The position numbers and the translations under genes are program-made. The notes under the pieces were generated by a model that was not told the DNA's origin, did no database searches, and saw only the letters and a list, made by a program, of their open reading frames with translations. Shown in pieces: positions 29,148-40,602 of a stretch of DNA of 64,000 nt (position 1 is the stretch's first letter; every line of letters begins with the position of its first letter). This stretch comes from Alphaproteobacteria bacterium (GTDB lineage Bacteria > Pseudomonadota > Alphaproteobacteria > CADEGL01): positions 491 to 64,490 of the forward strand of contig JBJXGH010000096.1 of assembly GCA_046153685.1 (NCBI GenBank). Reading direction: 5' to 3'.

Positions 29148-29891
29148 CTAGTGATGCAAAATCTGCGAAAGGAACAGCTTCGTCCGTTCGGATTTTGGTC
29201 GATTGAAAAATTCCTCGGGTGGGCTCCGCTCGACGACTTCACCCTTGTCCATGAAAATGACCTGGTTCGCCACCGTGCGCGCGAAACCCATCTCGTGGGT
29301 TACGCACAGCATCGTCATGCCCGAGCCCGCGAGCTCGACCATGACGTCGAGCACTTCCTTGATCATCTCGGGATCGAGAGCGGAGGTCGGTTCGTCGAAC
29401 AACATGATCTTCGGATTCATGCACAAAGCCCGGGCAATCGCCACGCGCTGCTGCTGGCCGCCCGATAATTGGCCCGGGTACTTGGCCGCCTGCTCGGGAA
29501 TCTGGACGCGATTGAGATAGGCCATGGCCAACTCTTCGGCCTCTTTCTTCGGCAATTTTTTCACCCAGATGGGTGCGAGCGTGAGGTTTTCCAGGACCGT
29601 GAGGTGCGGGAACAGATTGAACGACTGAAACACCATGCCGACCTCGCGCCGGATGGCCTCGATTTGCTTCACGTCGTTCGTCAGCTCGATGCCATCGACG
29701 ATGATTTGTCCCTGCTGGTGCTCCTCCAGCCGATTGATGCAGCGGATGAGCGTGGACTTGCCCGAACCCGACGGCCCGCAGATGACGATCCGTTCGCCCT
29801 TGGCGACCTCGAGATCGATGTCCTTGAGAACATGGAACTGGCCAAACCATTTGTTGACGGCGGCAAGTTTGATGATGGGCGGCTCGGCCAT
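29148..29891 (-). CDS. aapP: general L-amino acid ABC transporter ATP-binding protein
   Basis: Start at MAEPPIIKL; Walker [25 protein letters not shown], Walker [12 protein letters not shown]. The track ORF 29148..30710 is an artefactual extension. Confidence 0.85.
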   Translation of the reverse strand: MAEPPIIKLAAVNKWFGQFHVLKDIDLEVAKGERIVICGPSGSGKSTLIRCINRLEEHQQGQIIVDGIELTNDVKQIEAIRREVGMVFQSFNLFPHLTVLENLTLAPIWVKKLPKKEAEELAMAYLNRVQIPEQAAKYPGQLSGGQQQRVAIARALCMNPKIMLFDEPTSALDPEMIKEVLDVMVELAGSGMTMLCVTHEMGFARTVANQVIFMDKGEVVERSPPEEFFNRPKSERTKLFLSQILHH

Positions 29892-29905
29892 GAATTTTCC
29901 CCCTC

Positions 29906-31012
29906 CTAGCGCCTGGATCCGGAACGAAGCTGGATTTCGAGGTGCTGGCTGTAGCGGGACATGAAGAAACAGAACACGAAGTAGATCAGGGCGATGAAGA
30001 TATAACCTTCGACGAAGAACGCGCGCCAATTTGGATCCGAGATCGCCTGCCTGGTCGCCAAAAGCAGGTCGGTCAGGCTGACGATCGCGACGAGCGAGGT
30101 ATCCTTGAACATGCCGATGAACGTGTTGACGATCGGCGGAATGACCGCGCGGATGGCCTGGGGCAGGACGATCTTGCGCATCGACAGCCAATAGCCAAGG
30201 CCAATGGCCGAAGCCGCCTCGTACTGGCCCTTGGGAATGGACTGCAAGCCGCCGCGGATGACTTCGGCCAAATAGGCGGCCGTGAACATGACGATCGCGA
30301 CCTGGGCGCGCAACAGGGCGTTGAACTTCATCCCCGTCGGCAGGAAAAGCGGCAGCATGAACGACGCCATGAACAACAGGCTGATCAGCGGAACGCCGCG
30401 AATGAGCTCGATATAGGTCACGCAGACCGCGCGCATGGCCGGCATGTGCGAACGCCGGCCCAACGCCAAAAGTATCGAGAATGGGAAGGCCACGACGATG
30501 CCGACAACAGACAGAATGAGCGTGAGCGGCAGGCCGCCCCATAGATTGGTTTCGACAAAACTCATGCCGAGCACGCCGCCCCACATCAGGACACCGAACA
30601 GCCCGAGCGCGCCGAGCCAGATTGCGGCCAGCCAGTTGCGCCAGAAGCGCCGGTCGCACGAGAAGGCGATGGCGGCAATCAGCACGAGCATGGCCAGAAG
30701 CGGGCGCCACTGCTCGTCAAACGGATAGCGGCCAAATAAAATAAGACGGTACTTCTCGGCGATGAAGGCCCAGCAAGCCCCCTGATCGGGATTTTCCTTG
30801 CACACCTCCGGCGCGACATGCGCCCAGACCGCGCCGAAGATCGCCCAATCCGCGATCCGCCACCCGACCCAGCCGATGACGTATAGCAAAAACACGCTCA
30901 GCAGTGAGTTGAGCGGCGAGTTGAAGAGATTGACGCGCAGCCAACCCAAGATTCCGCCCGCGGCGAGCGGCGCCGTCCGGTCGGGAATCGGAACGTGGAA
31001 GTCCACCGACAT
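29906..31012 (-). CDS. aapM: general L-amino acid ABC transporter permease
   Basis: 368 aa; His/Glu/Gln/Arg/opine family permease with EAA-like loop. Confidence 0.8.
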   Translation of the reverse strand: MSVDFHVPIPDRTAPLAAGGILGWLRVNLFNSPLNSLLSVFLLYVIGWVGWRIADWAIFGAVWAHVAPEVCKENPDQGACWAFIAEKYRLILFGRYPFDEQWRPLLAMLVLIAAIAFSCDRRFWRNWLAAIWLGALGLFGVLMWGGVLGMSFVETNLWGGLPLTLILSVVGIVVAFPFSILLALGRRSHMPAMRAVCVTYIELIRGVPLISLLFMASFMLPLFLPTGMKFNALLRAQVAIVMFTAAYLAEVIRGGLQSIPKGQYEAASAIGLGYWLSMRKIVLPQAIRAVIPPIVNTFIGMFKDTSLVAIVSLTDLLLATRQAISDPNWRAFFVEGYIFIALIYFVFCFFMSRYSQHLEIQLRSGSRR

Positions 31013-31015
31013 GGC

Positions 31016-32203
31016 CTAGCGCTCCACCAGCGCTATGCGCCGGTTGTACCAGTTCATGTAGCCCGCAATGCCGAGGCTGATCGATAGATAGACCGCCATC
31101 AGGATGGCGATGCATTCGATCGCCTGACCGGTTTGATTGAGTGTGGTGTTCGCCACCGAAACCAAATCGGGATATCCGATCGCGACCGCGAGCGAGCTGT
31201 TCTTGGTGATGTTGAGATATTGGCTCGTGAGCGGCGGCACGATGACGCGCAAGGCCTGGGGCAGGACGATGAGGCGCAAGACCCGGCCGCGCGGCAGCCC
31301 CAGCGCGCTCGCCGCCTCGGTCTGGCCCCAATTCACCGCCAGGATGCCCGCGCGCACGATTTCAGCGATGAAAGTAGCGGTGTAAGTCACAAGCCCGACA
31401 AGGAGCGCGAGAAATTCCGACGTGACGGCCGTGCCCCCGACAACGGCGAACCTGCTCTTCTCCGGCATATCGACGCCGATCGGCATGCCGCCAGCGAACC
31501 AGACCAGAAGCGGCAAGGTCACGACGATGGCAATCGCCGGAAGAAAGATCGGCGCGATTTGCCCGGTTTTTTCTTGCCGTCGCGCTGCCCAATGCCGGTA
31601 ACACCACAGCAGCGCAAATCCCAACAGCAGCGCCACGCCCATCGGCGCATGCACCGGGTGGTCCACGACCGCCGGGTAGGTCAGTCCACTCTTGGACAGA
31701 AAGACGCCTGGAACGATCGCCTCGGTTTCGAGCGCATCGGGAAAAAGATTGGTCACCGTTGCGTACCAGAAGAACAGTTGCAGCAGCAGAGGAATATTGC
31801 GCAGCGTCTCGACGTATATCGTGGCCAGGCGCGCGACCAGCCAATTCCGAGACAGCCGCGCAATGCCCACCACGACGCCCAGAATCGTCGCCAGAACGAT
31901 GCCGATGACGGCGACTTTCATGGTATTGAGCAAGCCGGCGACAAAGGCGAGGCCATAGCTATCGGCGGCGTCAAAAACGATGACCGACTCGCCGATGAAA
32001 AACCCGGCTTCTTGCGACAAAAAGTTGAAACCGGAGCGGATCTGCCGCTCCTCGAGATTTCTGAGGGTATTCGAGACGAGAAAAACGCCGAGCAGAACGA
32101 TGCCCAGGATCAGCACGGCCTGATAGGCGATGGCGCGGATATGGGGGTCGTTCCAAGGGGCGGGTCGGGGCGCCGCGTTACGCTCGGTCATCGACCTGCC
32201 CAT
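31016..32203 (-). CDS. aapQ: general L-amino acid ABC transporter permease
   Basis: 395 aa polytopic permease adjacent to aapM. Confidence 0.8.
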   Translation of the reverse strand: MGRSMTERNAAPRPAPWNDPHIRAIAYQAVLILGIVLLGVFLVSNTLRNLEERQIRSGFNFLSQEAGFFIGESVIVFDAADSYGLAFVAGLLNTMKVAVIGIVLATILGVVVGIARLSRNWLVARLATIYVETLRNIPLLLQLFFWYATVTNLFPDALETEAIVPGVFLSKSGLTYPAVVDHPVHAPMGVALLLGFALLWCYRHWAARRQEKTGQIAPIFLPAIAIVVTLPLLVWFAGGMPIGVDMPEKSRFAVVGGTAVTSEFLALLVGLVTYTATFIAEIVRAGILAVNWGQTEAASALGLPRGRVLRLIVLPQALRVIVPPLTSQYLNITKNSSLAVAIGYPDLVSVANTTLNQTGQAIECIAILMAVYLSISLGIAGYMNWYNRRIALVER

Positions 32204-32318
32204 CCGATATATTCGATATCCTATATTCGATATTTTGGCAGACCAGCCGCGAAAGTGGCTGGTGGCATGAAAAAAATGGCGCCGCCCGATTGCCGCCGGG
32301 CGGCGCCATTTGCGTCAC

Positions 32319-33353
32319 TTAGCGAATCGGCGCGGAGTACATGAGGCCGCCGTCCTTCCATGAAGCGTTCAAGCCACGCGCGAGTCGCAGCGGAGTCTTT
32401 TGCCCCACATTGCGCTCGAAGATGTCGCTGTAATTGCCGACCTGCTTGACGACATTATACGCCCAAGCATTGTCGAGGCCGAGCTTCTGGCCCATATCGC
32501 CCGTCGTGCCGAGCACGCGCGCGATGTTCGGGTCCTTCGAGGTCTTCAACTGGTCAACATTGGCCTGCGTGATTCCGAGTTCCTCGGTCTCAAGCAACGC
32601 GTTCAACGTCCATTTGACGATGGCGAACCACTCGTCGTCGCCGCGCCGCACGACGGGGCCCAGGGGCTCCTTCGAAATCAACTCGGGCAGGATGACGTAA
32701 TCGTCGGGCTTGGGTGCATCCTTGGCGCGGATCGAAGCCAGGCCCGAGGCGTCCGTCGTATAGGCCTTGCATCGGCCGCCAAAGAACGCGACTTTCGATT
32801 CCTCCAGGCCCTCGAACACGACGGGCTTGATCTGGATTCTATTGGCGCGCGCGAAGTCCGCGAGATTGAGCTCGGTCGTTGTTCCGGTCTGCACGCAGAT
32901 CTCGGCGCCGTTCAGTTCCTTCGCGCTCTTGACGTTGATCGACTTCGGCACCATGAAGCCCTGGCCGTCGTAATAGGTTACGCCCGCGAACACCAAACCC
33001 AGGGATGCGTCGCGCACGAGAGTCCAGGTGGTGTTGCGCGACAGGATATCGACTTCGCCCGATTGAAGCGCGGTGAAGCGCTGCTGGGCGTTGAGCGGCG
33101 AGTATTTGACCTTCTTCGAATCGCCGAACACCGCTGCGGCCACCGCCTTGCAGAAATCGACGTCTAGCCCGGTCCAATTGCCCTGGCTGTCGGCGATTGA
33201 GAAGCCGGCCAGACCCGTGTTGACGCCGCACTGGACGAAGCCCTTTTGTTTGATCGCAGTCAACGTCGCGCCGGCTTGGGCGGTCGCAACCAACCCGAAG
33301 AGGCCGAGCGCGGTGAAAGCCGCGCCCATTATGTGACGATAGCGCATTCCCAT
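32319..33353 (-). CDS. aapJ: general L-amino acid ABC transporter substrate-binding protein
   Basis: 344 aa with signal peptide (..LGLFGLVATAQA); SBP family 3. Confidence 0.8.
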   Translation of the reverse strand: MGMRYRHIMGAAFTALGLFGLVATAQAGATLTAIKQKGFVQCGVNTGLAGFSIADSQGNWTGLDVDFCKAVAAAVFGDSKKVKYSPLNAQQRFTALQSGEVDILSRNTTWTLVRDASLGLVFAGVTYYDGQGFMVPKSINVKSAKELNGAEICVQTGTTTELNLADFARANRIQIKPVVFEGLEESKVAFFGGRCKAYTTDASGLASIRAKDAPKPDDYVILPELISKEPLGPVVRRGDDEWFAIVKWTLNALLETEELGITQANVDQLKTSKDPNIARVLGTTGDMGQKLGLDNAWAYNVVKQVGNYSDIFERNVGQKTPLRLARGLNASWKDGGLMYSAPIR

Positions 33354-33583
33354 TTCTCCCTATGCTTCACAGTTCAGCCGCGCATTCTCCAGCGCCGCTT
33401 GCATGGCGATAAATCTACAGCCCGAGCGCTCCACGCACAACAGAACCCCGAATGGCACAAATCGGGCATTCGCAGGCGCAACACGACCCTCAATTGGGTT
33501 GTGCGAGCCGGCAATGGCGGGGCGATGCATTAAAAGGTTTCATTTGCGCGCCTGAACGGAAGGCAGCGCCGGTAAAGGGCGAG

Positions 33584-35527
33584 TTAGATCGCCATCTGGG
33601 CGCCCATTTCGACCACCCGATTGGGCGGCAATTTGTAGAAATCGGGCGCGCTCAGGGCGTTTTTGGTCGCAAAGACGAACAACCAGCGTCGCCAGCGCGC
33701 CAGTTTCGGCCGATCCGCATCGACCAGATTGACCCGACCGACGAAAAAGCTGAGTTCCTCCGGGACAAGCGGCAATCCGAGCGCGGCGTATTCCTTGAGC
33801 GCCTCGGGCACGTCGGGCTGCTCGCGGAAGCCGTAATGCAATGTCGCGCGGTAGAACCCGCCGCCCAAATCCGTCAATTCCGCGCGCCGGCTGCGCTCGA
33901 CCTCGGGTACGTCGTCGGTGCGAACGGAAAGTAACAGCACGCGGTCGTGCAGAATCTTGTTGTGCTTCAAATTGTGCAGCAATGCGTGGGGCACGCTGGC
34001 GCCGATGCGCGTCATGTACACCGCAGTGCCCGGCACCCGTTGAATCGGCCGTTTGGCGATGGTCGAAAGGAACGTGTCGATGTTCATTCCGTCCTCGGCC
34101 AACGCGCGGTACAAAATCTTTCGGCCGCGCAACCAGGTGATCATCAGGACGAACATCGCTAGCGCGACGGCCAGAGGCACCCAACCGCCCGAGAGGAATT
34201 TCATCGCAGTGGCCGAGAAAAACGCCAGATCGACGGCGAGCAACGCGCCGAACAGCGCCGTCACCGGCAGCCAATGCCAGCGCCAAATGAAGATCGCCGC
34301 GATGGCGGCCAGCACGGTGTCGATCGCCATCGTTCCGGTCACCGCAATGCCGTAGGCCGAGGCCAGGCCATCGGACGAACCGAAGCCCAGGACCAGGGCT
34401 CCCACCGAGACCATCAGCCACCAATTGAGCTTGGGAACGTAAATCTGCCCGCGCTCGGCTTCGGAAGTGTAGATGACCTTAAGGCGCGGCAGGAAGCCGA
34501 GCTGCATCCCTTGATGGACCATCGAATACGCGCCCGTGATCACCGCTTGCGAGGCTATGACCGTCGCAGCGGTCGCCAAGCCCACGAGTGGCAGCAACAA
34601 CCAAGACGGCGCCAATAAAAAGAATGGACTCTCCACGGTCGTCGGATCGCCGAGAATCAGTGCGCCTTGGCCGAAATAGTTCAAGAGCAGTCCCGGAAAG
34701 ACGACGCTCATCCAGGCAACGCGAATGGGCCGGCGGCCGAAATGCCCCATATCGGCATAGAGCGCCTCCGCCCCCGTGACCGCGAGGACAACGGCGGCGA
34801 GCGAAACCATCACCGACCAGCCGTTCGACTGCACGAAGGCCGCCGCGTAACGCGGATCGAGTGCCGCGAGCACAACCGGATTTTCGACGATCTGAACCGC
34901 GCCCAATCCGCCGATGACCACGAACCATATCCCGGTTATGGGTCCGAACAGAGAACCCAGCACGGCGGACCCACGGCGCTGGATGACGAACAATCCGATC
35001 AAGATACCGAGTGCGAGCGGCACGATGTAGGGCGTGAACATCGGCGTCACCAATTCGAGCCCCTCGACGGCGCTCAACACCGAAATAGCTGGAGTGATGA
35101 TGCTGTCGCCGAGAAATAAGGAGAATCCCAAGAGGCCGGCGACGAGCGCGAACTGGCGCAGGGCGGGACGTGCACGCAGGCTGCGCATGACCAAGGCCAG
35201 CAAGGCCAGGATGCCGCCCTCGCCCTTGTTGTCGGCGCGCATGATGACGAGGACATATTTGATGAAGACGACGACGATCAACGACCAGGCAATAAGCGAC
35301 AAGATCCCGAGCACGTTGTCTGGCGTCACGGGAAAATCGTCCCGACCGCCAAAACACTGGCGCAGCGTATAGAGCGGCGAGGTGCCGATATCGCCGTAAA
35401 CCACGCCAAGCGCTGCGAGCACCAGGGGTGCCAATGCGTGAGGCGGCGCGGACGAAGCGGCATCCCGCGAACCGGTCGTTTTTGCCATGCTGGATTGGCT
35501 TTTGCTTGCCCAGGAAAATCCGGCCAT
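33584..35527 (-). CDS. kup: potassium uptake transporter Kup
   Basis: 647 aa; ALGVVYGDIGTSPLY signature. An alternative start is the ATG at 35488. Confidence 0.85.
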   Translation of the reverse strand: MAGFSWASKSQSSMAKTTGSRDAASSAPPHALAPLVLAALGVVYGDIGTSPLYTLRQCFGGRDDFPVTPDNVLGILSLIAWSLIVVVFIKYVLVIMRADNKGEGGILALLALVMRSLRARPALRQFALVAGLLGFSLFLGDSIITPAISVLSAVEGLELVTPMFTPYIVPLALGILIGLFVIQRRGSAVLGSLFGPITGIWFVVIGGLGAVQIVENPVVLAALDPRYAAAFVQSNGWSVMVSLAAVVLAVTGAEALYADMGHFGRRPIRVAWMSVVFPGLLLNYFGQGALILGDPTTVESPFFLLAPSWLLLPLVGLATAATVIASQAVITGAYSMVHQGMQLGFLPRLKVIYTSEAERGQIYVPKLNWWLMVSVGALVLGFGSSDGLASAYGIAVTGTMAIDTVLAAIAAIFIWRWHWLPVTALFGALLAVDLAFFSATAMKFLSGGWVPLAVALAMFVLMITWLRGRKILYRALAEDGMNIDTFLSTIAKRPIQRVPGTAVYMTRIGASVPHALLHNLKHNKILHDRVLLLSVRTDDVPEVERSRRAELTDLGGGFYRATLHYGFREQPDVPEALKEYAALGLPLVPEELSFFVGRVNLVDADRPKLARWRRWLFVFATKNALSAPDFYKLPPNRVVEMGAQMAI

Positions 35528-35701
35528 CTAGCGCGCCAATGTGGGCGCGCGGGGGCGCGATCAAATCTAGGCTACCCTATATATCTTTTTGTGCGATGCA
35601 GCAAACGCCCCGGACAGTCGCCCCCGGTGGGCCCGCCGCAGCTAGCCCCGCACGAGTAAGCAAGGTACAAGGAGAGCCCCTCCCCTAACTCCGATAGGCC
35701 C

Positions 35702-36889
35702 ATGAAGCGCTTGGGAAAAGACCTTAAGGAAGACACGGTATTGGCCCATGTCGGGCGCGATCCGCGCGCCAATCACGGCATCGTCAATCCGCCCGTTTAC
35801 CACGCCTCGACCGTGCTGTTCCCAACCGTCGCCGCCATGGAGGAATCGGGCAAGGACCCCTATGCCGGGGTCCGCTATGGCCGCTACGGCACGCCGACGA
35901 CGCATGCCTTCGAAGAGGCCGTCGCGGCGTTGGATGGCGGCGCGAGATGCGTGCAAGTGTCCTCGGGCCAGGCGGCAATCACCTGCGCCCTGCTCGCTTT
36001 CCTTAAAAGCGGCGATCATTTGTTGATGACCGATTCGTGCTACGGCCCGACAAGGCGGTTTTGCGGTCAATTCCTCACGCGCTTCGGCGTCGAGACGACC
36101 TATTACGACCCCGCAATCGGTGCCGGGATCGCCGCGCTCATCCGCCCGAACACCAAGGTCGTCTATCTTGAATCCCCAGGCTCGATAACCTTCGAGGTCC
36201 AAGACACCCCCGCCATCGCCAAGGCGGCGCGCCAGGCGGGTGCCAAGGTTCTGATCGACAATACCTGGGCGTCCGGGTTGTTCTTCAAACCCTTCCAGCA
36301 CGGCGCCGATGTCGCGATCTACGCCGCGACCAAATACATCGTCGGCCATTCGGACGCCATGCTTGGCGCGATCACGATGCGCGACGAGGATTTTTACGCC
36401 GTCAAGCATTCGGCCATGACGCTTGGCAATTCCGGTGGGCCGGACGACTGCTATCTCGGCCTGCGCGGTCTTCGCACCATCGGCGTGCGCATGCGCCAGC
36501 ACCAGGAAAACGGCCTCACCGTCGCGCGCTGGCTTCAGGCGCGGCCCGAGGTCACGCGCATCCTGCACCCCGCCCTGCCCCAGGACCCAGGCCACAGATT
36601 GTGGAAACGCGATTTCACCGGCGCCTGCGGCCTATTCGGCTTCATCGTCAAGCCGACGCCGAAAAAGGCTATCGATGCCATGCTCGACGGCATGGAATTG
36701 TTCGGCATGGGCTTCAGCTGGGGCGGGTTCGAAAGTCTGATCCTGCCGGAAAATCTCGATGGCGCGCGGACCGCCGCGCCCTGGCTCGAAACGGGCTCGC
36801 TCATCCGCGTCCATATCGGACTCGAAAGTCCGGACGATCTGATCAAGGATCTGGAACGCGGCTTCAAACGGCTTCACGCCAACGCATGA
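35702..36889 (+). CDS. metC: cystathionine beta-lyase
   Basis: 395 aa; Cys/Met metabolism PLP fold; PLP-lysine region AIYAATKYIVGHSD. Confidence 0.8.
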   Translation: MKRLGKDLKEDTVLAHVGRDPRANHGIVNPPVYHASTVLFPTVAAMEESGKDPYAGVRYGRYGTPTTHAFEEAVAALDGGARCVQVSSGQAAITCALLAFLKSGDHLLMTDSCYGPTRRFCGQFLTRFGVETTYYDPAIGAGIAALIRPNTKVVYLESPGSITFEVQDTPAIAKAARQAGAKVLIDNTWASGLFFKPFQHGADVAIYAATKYIVGHSDAMLGAITMRDEDFYAVKHSAMTLGNSGGPDDCYLGLRGLRTIGVRMRQHQENGLTVARWLQARPEVTRILHPALPQDPGHRLWKRDFTGACGLFGFIVKPTPKKAIDAMLDGMELFGMGFSWGGFESLILPENLDGARTAAPWLETGSLIRVHIGLESPDDLIKDLERGFKRLHANA

Positions 36890-37320
36890 TACCGCCCGCC
36901 CCCGCGCCTAGCCCATCCCCGATTGCCCCGCCGGATGTCGTCGCGCGCATTCTCGGCATGATCGCATTCAACGCCGAAGGCTTGGTTCCAGCCATCGCAC
37001 AACAAGGCGATACGGGACAGGTCTTGATGCTGGCCTGGATGAACCGCGCGGCTTTGCGCGAAACGCTGGAGACGGGATGGGCGACCTATTGGTCACGCAG
37101 CCGTAAGGTGATCTGGCGCAAGGGCGAGACCTCGGGCCACCGCCAGCGCGTAATCGAATTCCGCTTCGATTGCGACAGCGACACCGTCCTGATGATCGTC
37201 GAGCAAGCGGGCGTCGCCTGCCACACGGGGCGCATGAGCTGCATGTTCAATGCCGTGCGCGACGGCAAACTCGAAATCATTCACCCGGTTGAGGCGGAGG
37301 CGGAAAGTCACACGCGCTAA
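36886..37320 (+). CDS. hisI: phosphoribosyl-AMP cyclohydrolase
   Basis: 144 aa; ATGA overlap with metC stop; LMLAWMNRAAL..YWSRSR..WRKGETSG..C.SD..L..VEQ.G.ACHTG. Confidence 0.8.
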   Translation: MIPPAPAPSPSPIAPPDVVARILGMIAFNAEGLVPAIAQQGDTGQVLMLAWMNRAALRETLETGWATYWSRSRKVIWRKGETSGHRQRVIEFRFDCDSDTVLMIVEQAGVACHTGRMSCMFNAVRDGKLEIIHPVEAEAESHTR

Positions 37321-37351
37321 CCGAAAAGACGCATCTTTCTCGCCCGAGGGC

Positions 37352-37428
<77 letters not shown>

Positions 37429-37532
37429 ACGAATCGCCAGCATCAGAGCCAGTATATCACGACGTCGCATCGCGCCGCGCGTTACGCCGCTCCGCCCGAG
37501 GGGGCGAGGACGCGATGCCTCCAGTATCCGAC

Positions 37533-37826
37533 CTAACGTATCCGGCTCCAGGAGAAATTGGCGGAGTAACTTTTCGGCGGCACCGTTCTAGTGCGTGCCG
37601 GCACTACGACATGCGCGATGCCGCGCGCCTTTGCATAGGCGACAGCTTCCTCGCAGCTCGCGAATTCGAGACATAGCTGCTGGCGGGTGTCGCCCGAACT
37701 CGTCCAACCCATCAATGGGTCGCGGGCCTTGCGTTCGGACAGCTCGAATTCAAGCACCCATTTATGGGTTTTTGCCCGGCCGGACTGCATGGCCGTTTTC
37801 GTGGGCTGAAAGATGCGCGCAGTCAT
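37533..37826 (-). CDS. ETC complex I subunit family protein (NDUFS4-like)
   Basis: 97 aa; conserved ..KWVLEFE..DPLMGWTSSGDT..QQL.L.F.S.E.A..YA...G pattern. Confidence 0.65.
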   Translation of the reverse strand: MTARIFQPTKTAMQSGRAKTHKWVLEFELSERKARDPLMGWTSSGDTRQQLCLEFASCEEAVAYAKARGIAHVVVPARTRTVPPKSYSANFSWSRIR

Positions 37827-37896
37827 CGTTCTCGTCTTCCCCCGGCGATTTGCCGGACGTTTTGATCATCACGCTTTCCACCGCCGTCCGGGCGAA

Positions 37897-37973
<77 letters not shown>

Positions 37974-38138
37974 CCGCCCCGTGGGCCCGATAGGAGATAC
38001 ACGAACCCCGGCTCCGGCGAAAGATGCCCGGCAAAGAACTTGAGTGGACTGCGTCGCGCTTGGCCCGCGACGGATCGTCTTGAGTGTGCAATTCAGCCAT
38101 AATGGCGCCTTCCCCAGGACCCGAAATGCGAGTGCGCG

Positions 38139-38801
38139 ATGTCATCACGGACCCTCAATCTCGACGACCGGCTGATCGACTATCTCCGATCGGTTTCGGT
38201 CAAGGACACCCCCATTCTCGCCAAGCTGCGCGCCGAAACGGCCAAGCAGAAAATGGCGGTCATGCAGATCTCGCCCGAGCAGGGCCAGTTCATGGCCCTG
38301 CTGGTCGAACTCATGGGCGCGAGGCGCACCATCGAGGTCGGAACGTTCACGGGCTATAGCGCGCTCGTCGTCGCCATGGCTCTACCGGCGCAGGGCCGGG
38401 TCGTCGCTTGCGATGTCAGCGAGGAATGGACGTCGATCGGTCGGCGCCATTGGGCCGAAGCCGGGGTCGCGCATAAGATCGACCTCCGCCTAGGGCCCGC
38501 CGCCAAGACGCTCGATGCCATGATCGAATCAGGCGAATCGGCGTTATACGATTTCGCCTTCATCGACGCCAACAAGGAGGATTACGACGCCTATTACGAA
38601 CGCTGCCTTGTCCTTCTTCGCCAAGGCGGCATCGTCGCCATAGACAACGTACTGTGGAGCGGCAAGGTCGCCGACGACAAAGCCCACGACAAGGACACGG
38701 ATGCGATTCGCGCCCTCAACGCCAAGATTGCCGAGGATTCGCGCGTGACATCATGCATGCTGCCCATCGGCGACGGCTTGACCCTTTGCCGCAAGCGCTA
38801 G
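38139..38801 (+). CDS. class I SAM-dependent O-methyltransferase (caffeoyl-CoA OMT family)
   Basis: 220 aa; EVGTFTGYS SAM-binding motif. Confidence 0.8.
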   Translation: MSSRTLNLDDRLIDYLRSVSVKDTPILAKLRAETAKQKMAVMQISPEQGQFMALLVELMGARRTIEVGTFTGYSALVVAMALPAQGRVVACDVSEEWTSIGRRHWAEAGVAHKIDLRLGPAAKTLDAMIESGESALYDFAFIDANKEDYDAYYERCLVLLRQGGIVAIDNVLWSGKVADDKAHDKDTDAIRALNAKIAEDSRVTSCMLPIGDGLTLCRKR

Positions 38802-38812
38802 TGGCCTAATAT

Positions 38813-39595
38813 CTAGCGACCAAACATACGGTCGAACGCCGGCAGGCTGACGAGCGCCACGAGGACGATGAGGCCGAAGCCGATTCGCCGGTAGTTGCGC
38901 TCACCCGCCAGCGGAAAAGCACGCGCGCCGAGCCAGGTCCCCAGGGCAAAGGGTATCACCAGAATCGCCGATAAGACCGCCGCCTCGCGCGTCAGCAGCC
39001 CCGCGCCCCAGTACGACAGCCCCGAAACCACCGTCGTCGTCGAGAAAAATACGATCAGATTGGCCCGAACCTGCACCGCCGATTTACCGCTCGTGAGATA
39101 GAAGATAATGACCGGCGGGCCGGGAATACCCGCAGCACCGCCGAACAGGCCCGCGAGCGCGCCGATACCCACCTGCCCAGCCGTGCCCGGCGCTCGGGCT
39201 GGCCGCCAACCGGCCGCCAAGACCCCAACCGCGATCAGAATCAATGCGCAAATCATCCAACGCAGCACGTCCCGATCGGCGAGCACGAGAATGGCAACCC
39301 CCGGTGGCGTGAAAGCCATGGCCGCCAAGGCCAGCGCCGCGATCTCGCGCCACACCGCGTGCCGCAGCGCACGCAGGAGCAGCGGAATTTGGATGACAAG
39401 ATCAAAAAACCAAATGCAAGCGACCGCGACGGGTGGGCCGAGGATGGCGGCGGTTGCCGGAACGAAGACCATCGCGCCTCCGAAACCCATGAAGCCGCGC
39501 GTGAACCCCGATGCAAAGGCGGCCGCGACGATGGCGGGCACCCAGCCCTCGTATGGGGCCACGGCTTCGGCGAGAGCGGATATCACTGTTGTCAT
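38813..39595 (-). CDS. sulfite exporter TauE/SafE family membrane protein
   Basis: 260 aa, two-fold repeat of 4 TM helices (DUF81). Confidence 0.75.
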   Translation of the reverse strand: MTTVISALAEAVAPYEGWVPAIVAAAFASGFTRGFMGFGGAMVFVPATAAILGPPVAVACIWFFDLVIQIPLLLRALRHAVWREIAALALAAMAFTPPGVAILVLADRDVLRWMICALILIAVGVLAAGWRPARAPGTAGQVGIGALAGLFGGAAGIPGPPVIIFYLTSGKSAVQVRANLIVFFSTTTVVSGLSYWGAGLLTREAAVLSAILVIPFALGTWLGARAFPLAGERNYRRIGFGLIVLVALVSLPAFDRMFGR

Positions 39596-39744
39596 CGGAG
39601 TGGTTCAAGGGGCAGTGGCGGCGAAGGAACGACGGCATTGACTACCATGAGCCGTCGCTCGCTTCACGGAGCATTAACGACTCTGGCGCTAATATGGTGA
39701 TTGGCGCCATGTAGGCGTCGCACGATCCAGGATGGAGATCGAAC

Positions 39745-40050
39745 ATGTACAGGATGTACGCGGTTCTAGCCCTCGTCCCGAGCCTGCTATGCGCGGCTCC
39801 GGCAATGGCGCAATCGGCCCAGCAATGCGGCGAACGCCCCCGCGTCCTGCAAGCGCTGGCGGATCGCTATCAGGAAGTCCCCGTGGCCATGGGTCTCGAC
39901 GCCAATGGCGGCGTCGTGGAGATTCTATCAAATCGCGCCGCCCGAACTTGGACGATTCTGGTGACGATGCCGAACGGCGTGTCTTGCCTGGTTGCAACCG
40001 GCGAACACTGGGAATCGCTGACCGTCGCGAGCACCGGGCCGAAAATCTAG
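39745..40050 (+). CDS. hypothetical small secreted protein
   Basis: 101 aa with signal peptide MYRMYAVLALVPSLLCAAPAMA; 2 Cys. Confidence 0.45.
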   Translation: MYRMYAVLALVPSLLCAAPAMAQSAQQCGERPRVLQALADRYQEVPVAMGLDANGGVVEILSNRAARTWTILVTMPNGVSCLVATGEHWESLTVASTGPKI

Positions 40051-40062
40051 GACGCCACGCCT

Positions 40063-40602
40063 CTAGGGCGCGGTTTTGAATATCCGGTGAAGCACCTTGT
40101 CGCCGGCCTTGATGCCCAAGCGCTCGACGCTGCCTCCGGCCAATTCGAGCACGCCGAGCACGCGCTCGCCCGCCGCGATGGTGGCGAGCGAATGGGGCAC
40201 CGCGCGCTCGTGAATGCGCGCGATGGTGCCGTCGGCTCGGATGAAGATCATGTCCAGGGGAATGAGGGTATTTTTCATCCACATGGCGATCTCGGCCGGC
40301 TGGCCGAAATCGAACATCATGCCTTCGCCCGGGCCCAATTTCGTCCGGCACATCAGGCCGCGCGCGCGCTGATCGTCGAAGACGGCGAGTTCGATCGCGA
40401 AGGCATGCGTCTTCGCGCCGCTCTGGATGCGGACATCGCTCTTCTGGAATTTGACCATCGAGGGCACGTCGCAATCATTCCCGAACGCCTCGCAGGCTGG
40501 AAGAACCGCCACTAGGCAAATCGATATCGCGGCGCCCGAAGCCAAGCGTCGGGCCGCTGCCCGCGCGATACTAAAGGGTCCAATCATGGCTCGGTGGATC
40601 AT
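40063..40602 (-). CDS. DUF192 domain-containing protein
   Basis: Start set at internal MIHRAM.. (signal-like segment); DUF192 pattern ..GLM.R..L....GMLF.F......MWMKNT.IPLD..F. Confidence 0.55.
   Translation of the reverse strand: MIHRAMIGPFSIARAAARRLASGAAISICLVAVLPACEAFGNDCDVPSMVKFQKSDVRIQSGAKTHAFAIELAVFDDQRARGLMCRTKLGPGEGMMFDFGQPAEIAMWMKNTLIPLDMIFIRADGTIARIHERAVPHSLATIAAGERVLGVLELAGGSVERLGIKAGDKVLHRIFKTAP

Noticed and set aside
29148-30710. 520-aa minus-strand ORF
   Set aside because: Only the last 247 aa (from MAEPPIIKL at 29891) are the ABC ATPase; the upstream extension overlaps the aapM permease in another frame and is low-complexity.
35528-35701. Possible SAM-II type riboswitch upstream of metC
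   Set aside because: No stretch in the leader matches the SAM-II core or pseudoknot consensus as far as I can judge by eye; would need an Infernal scan (RF00521) to exclude.
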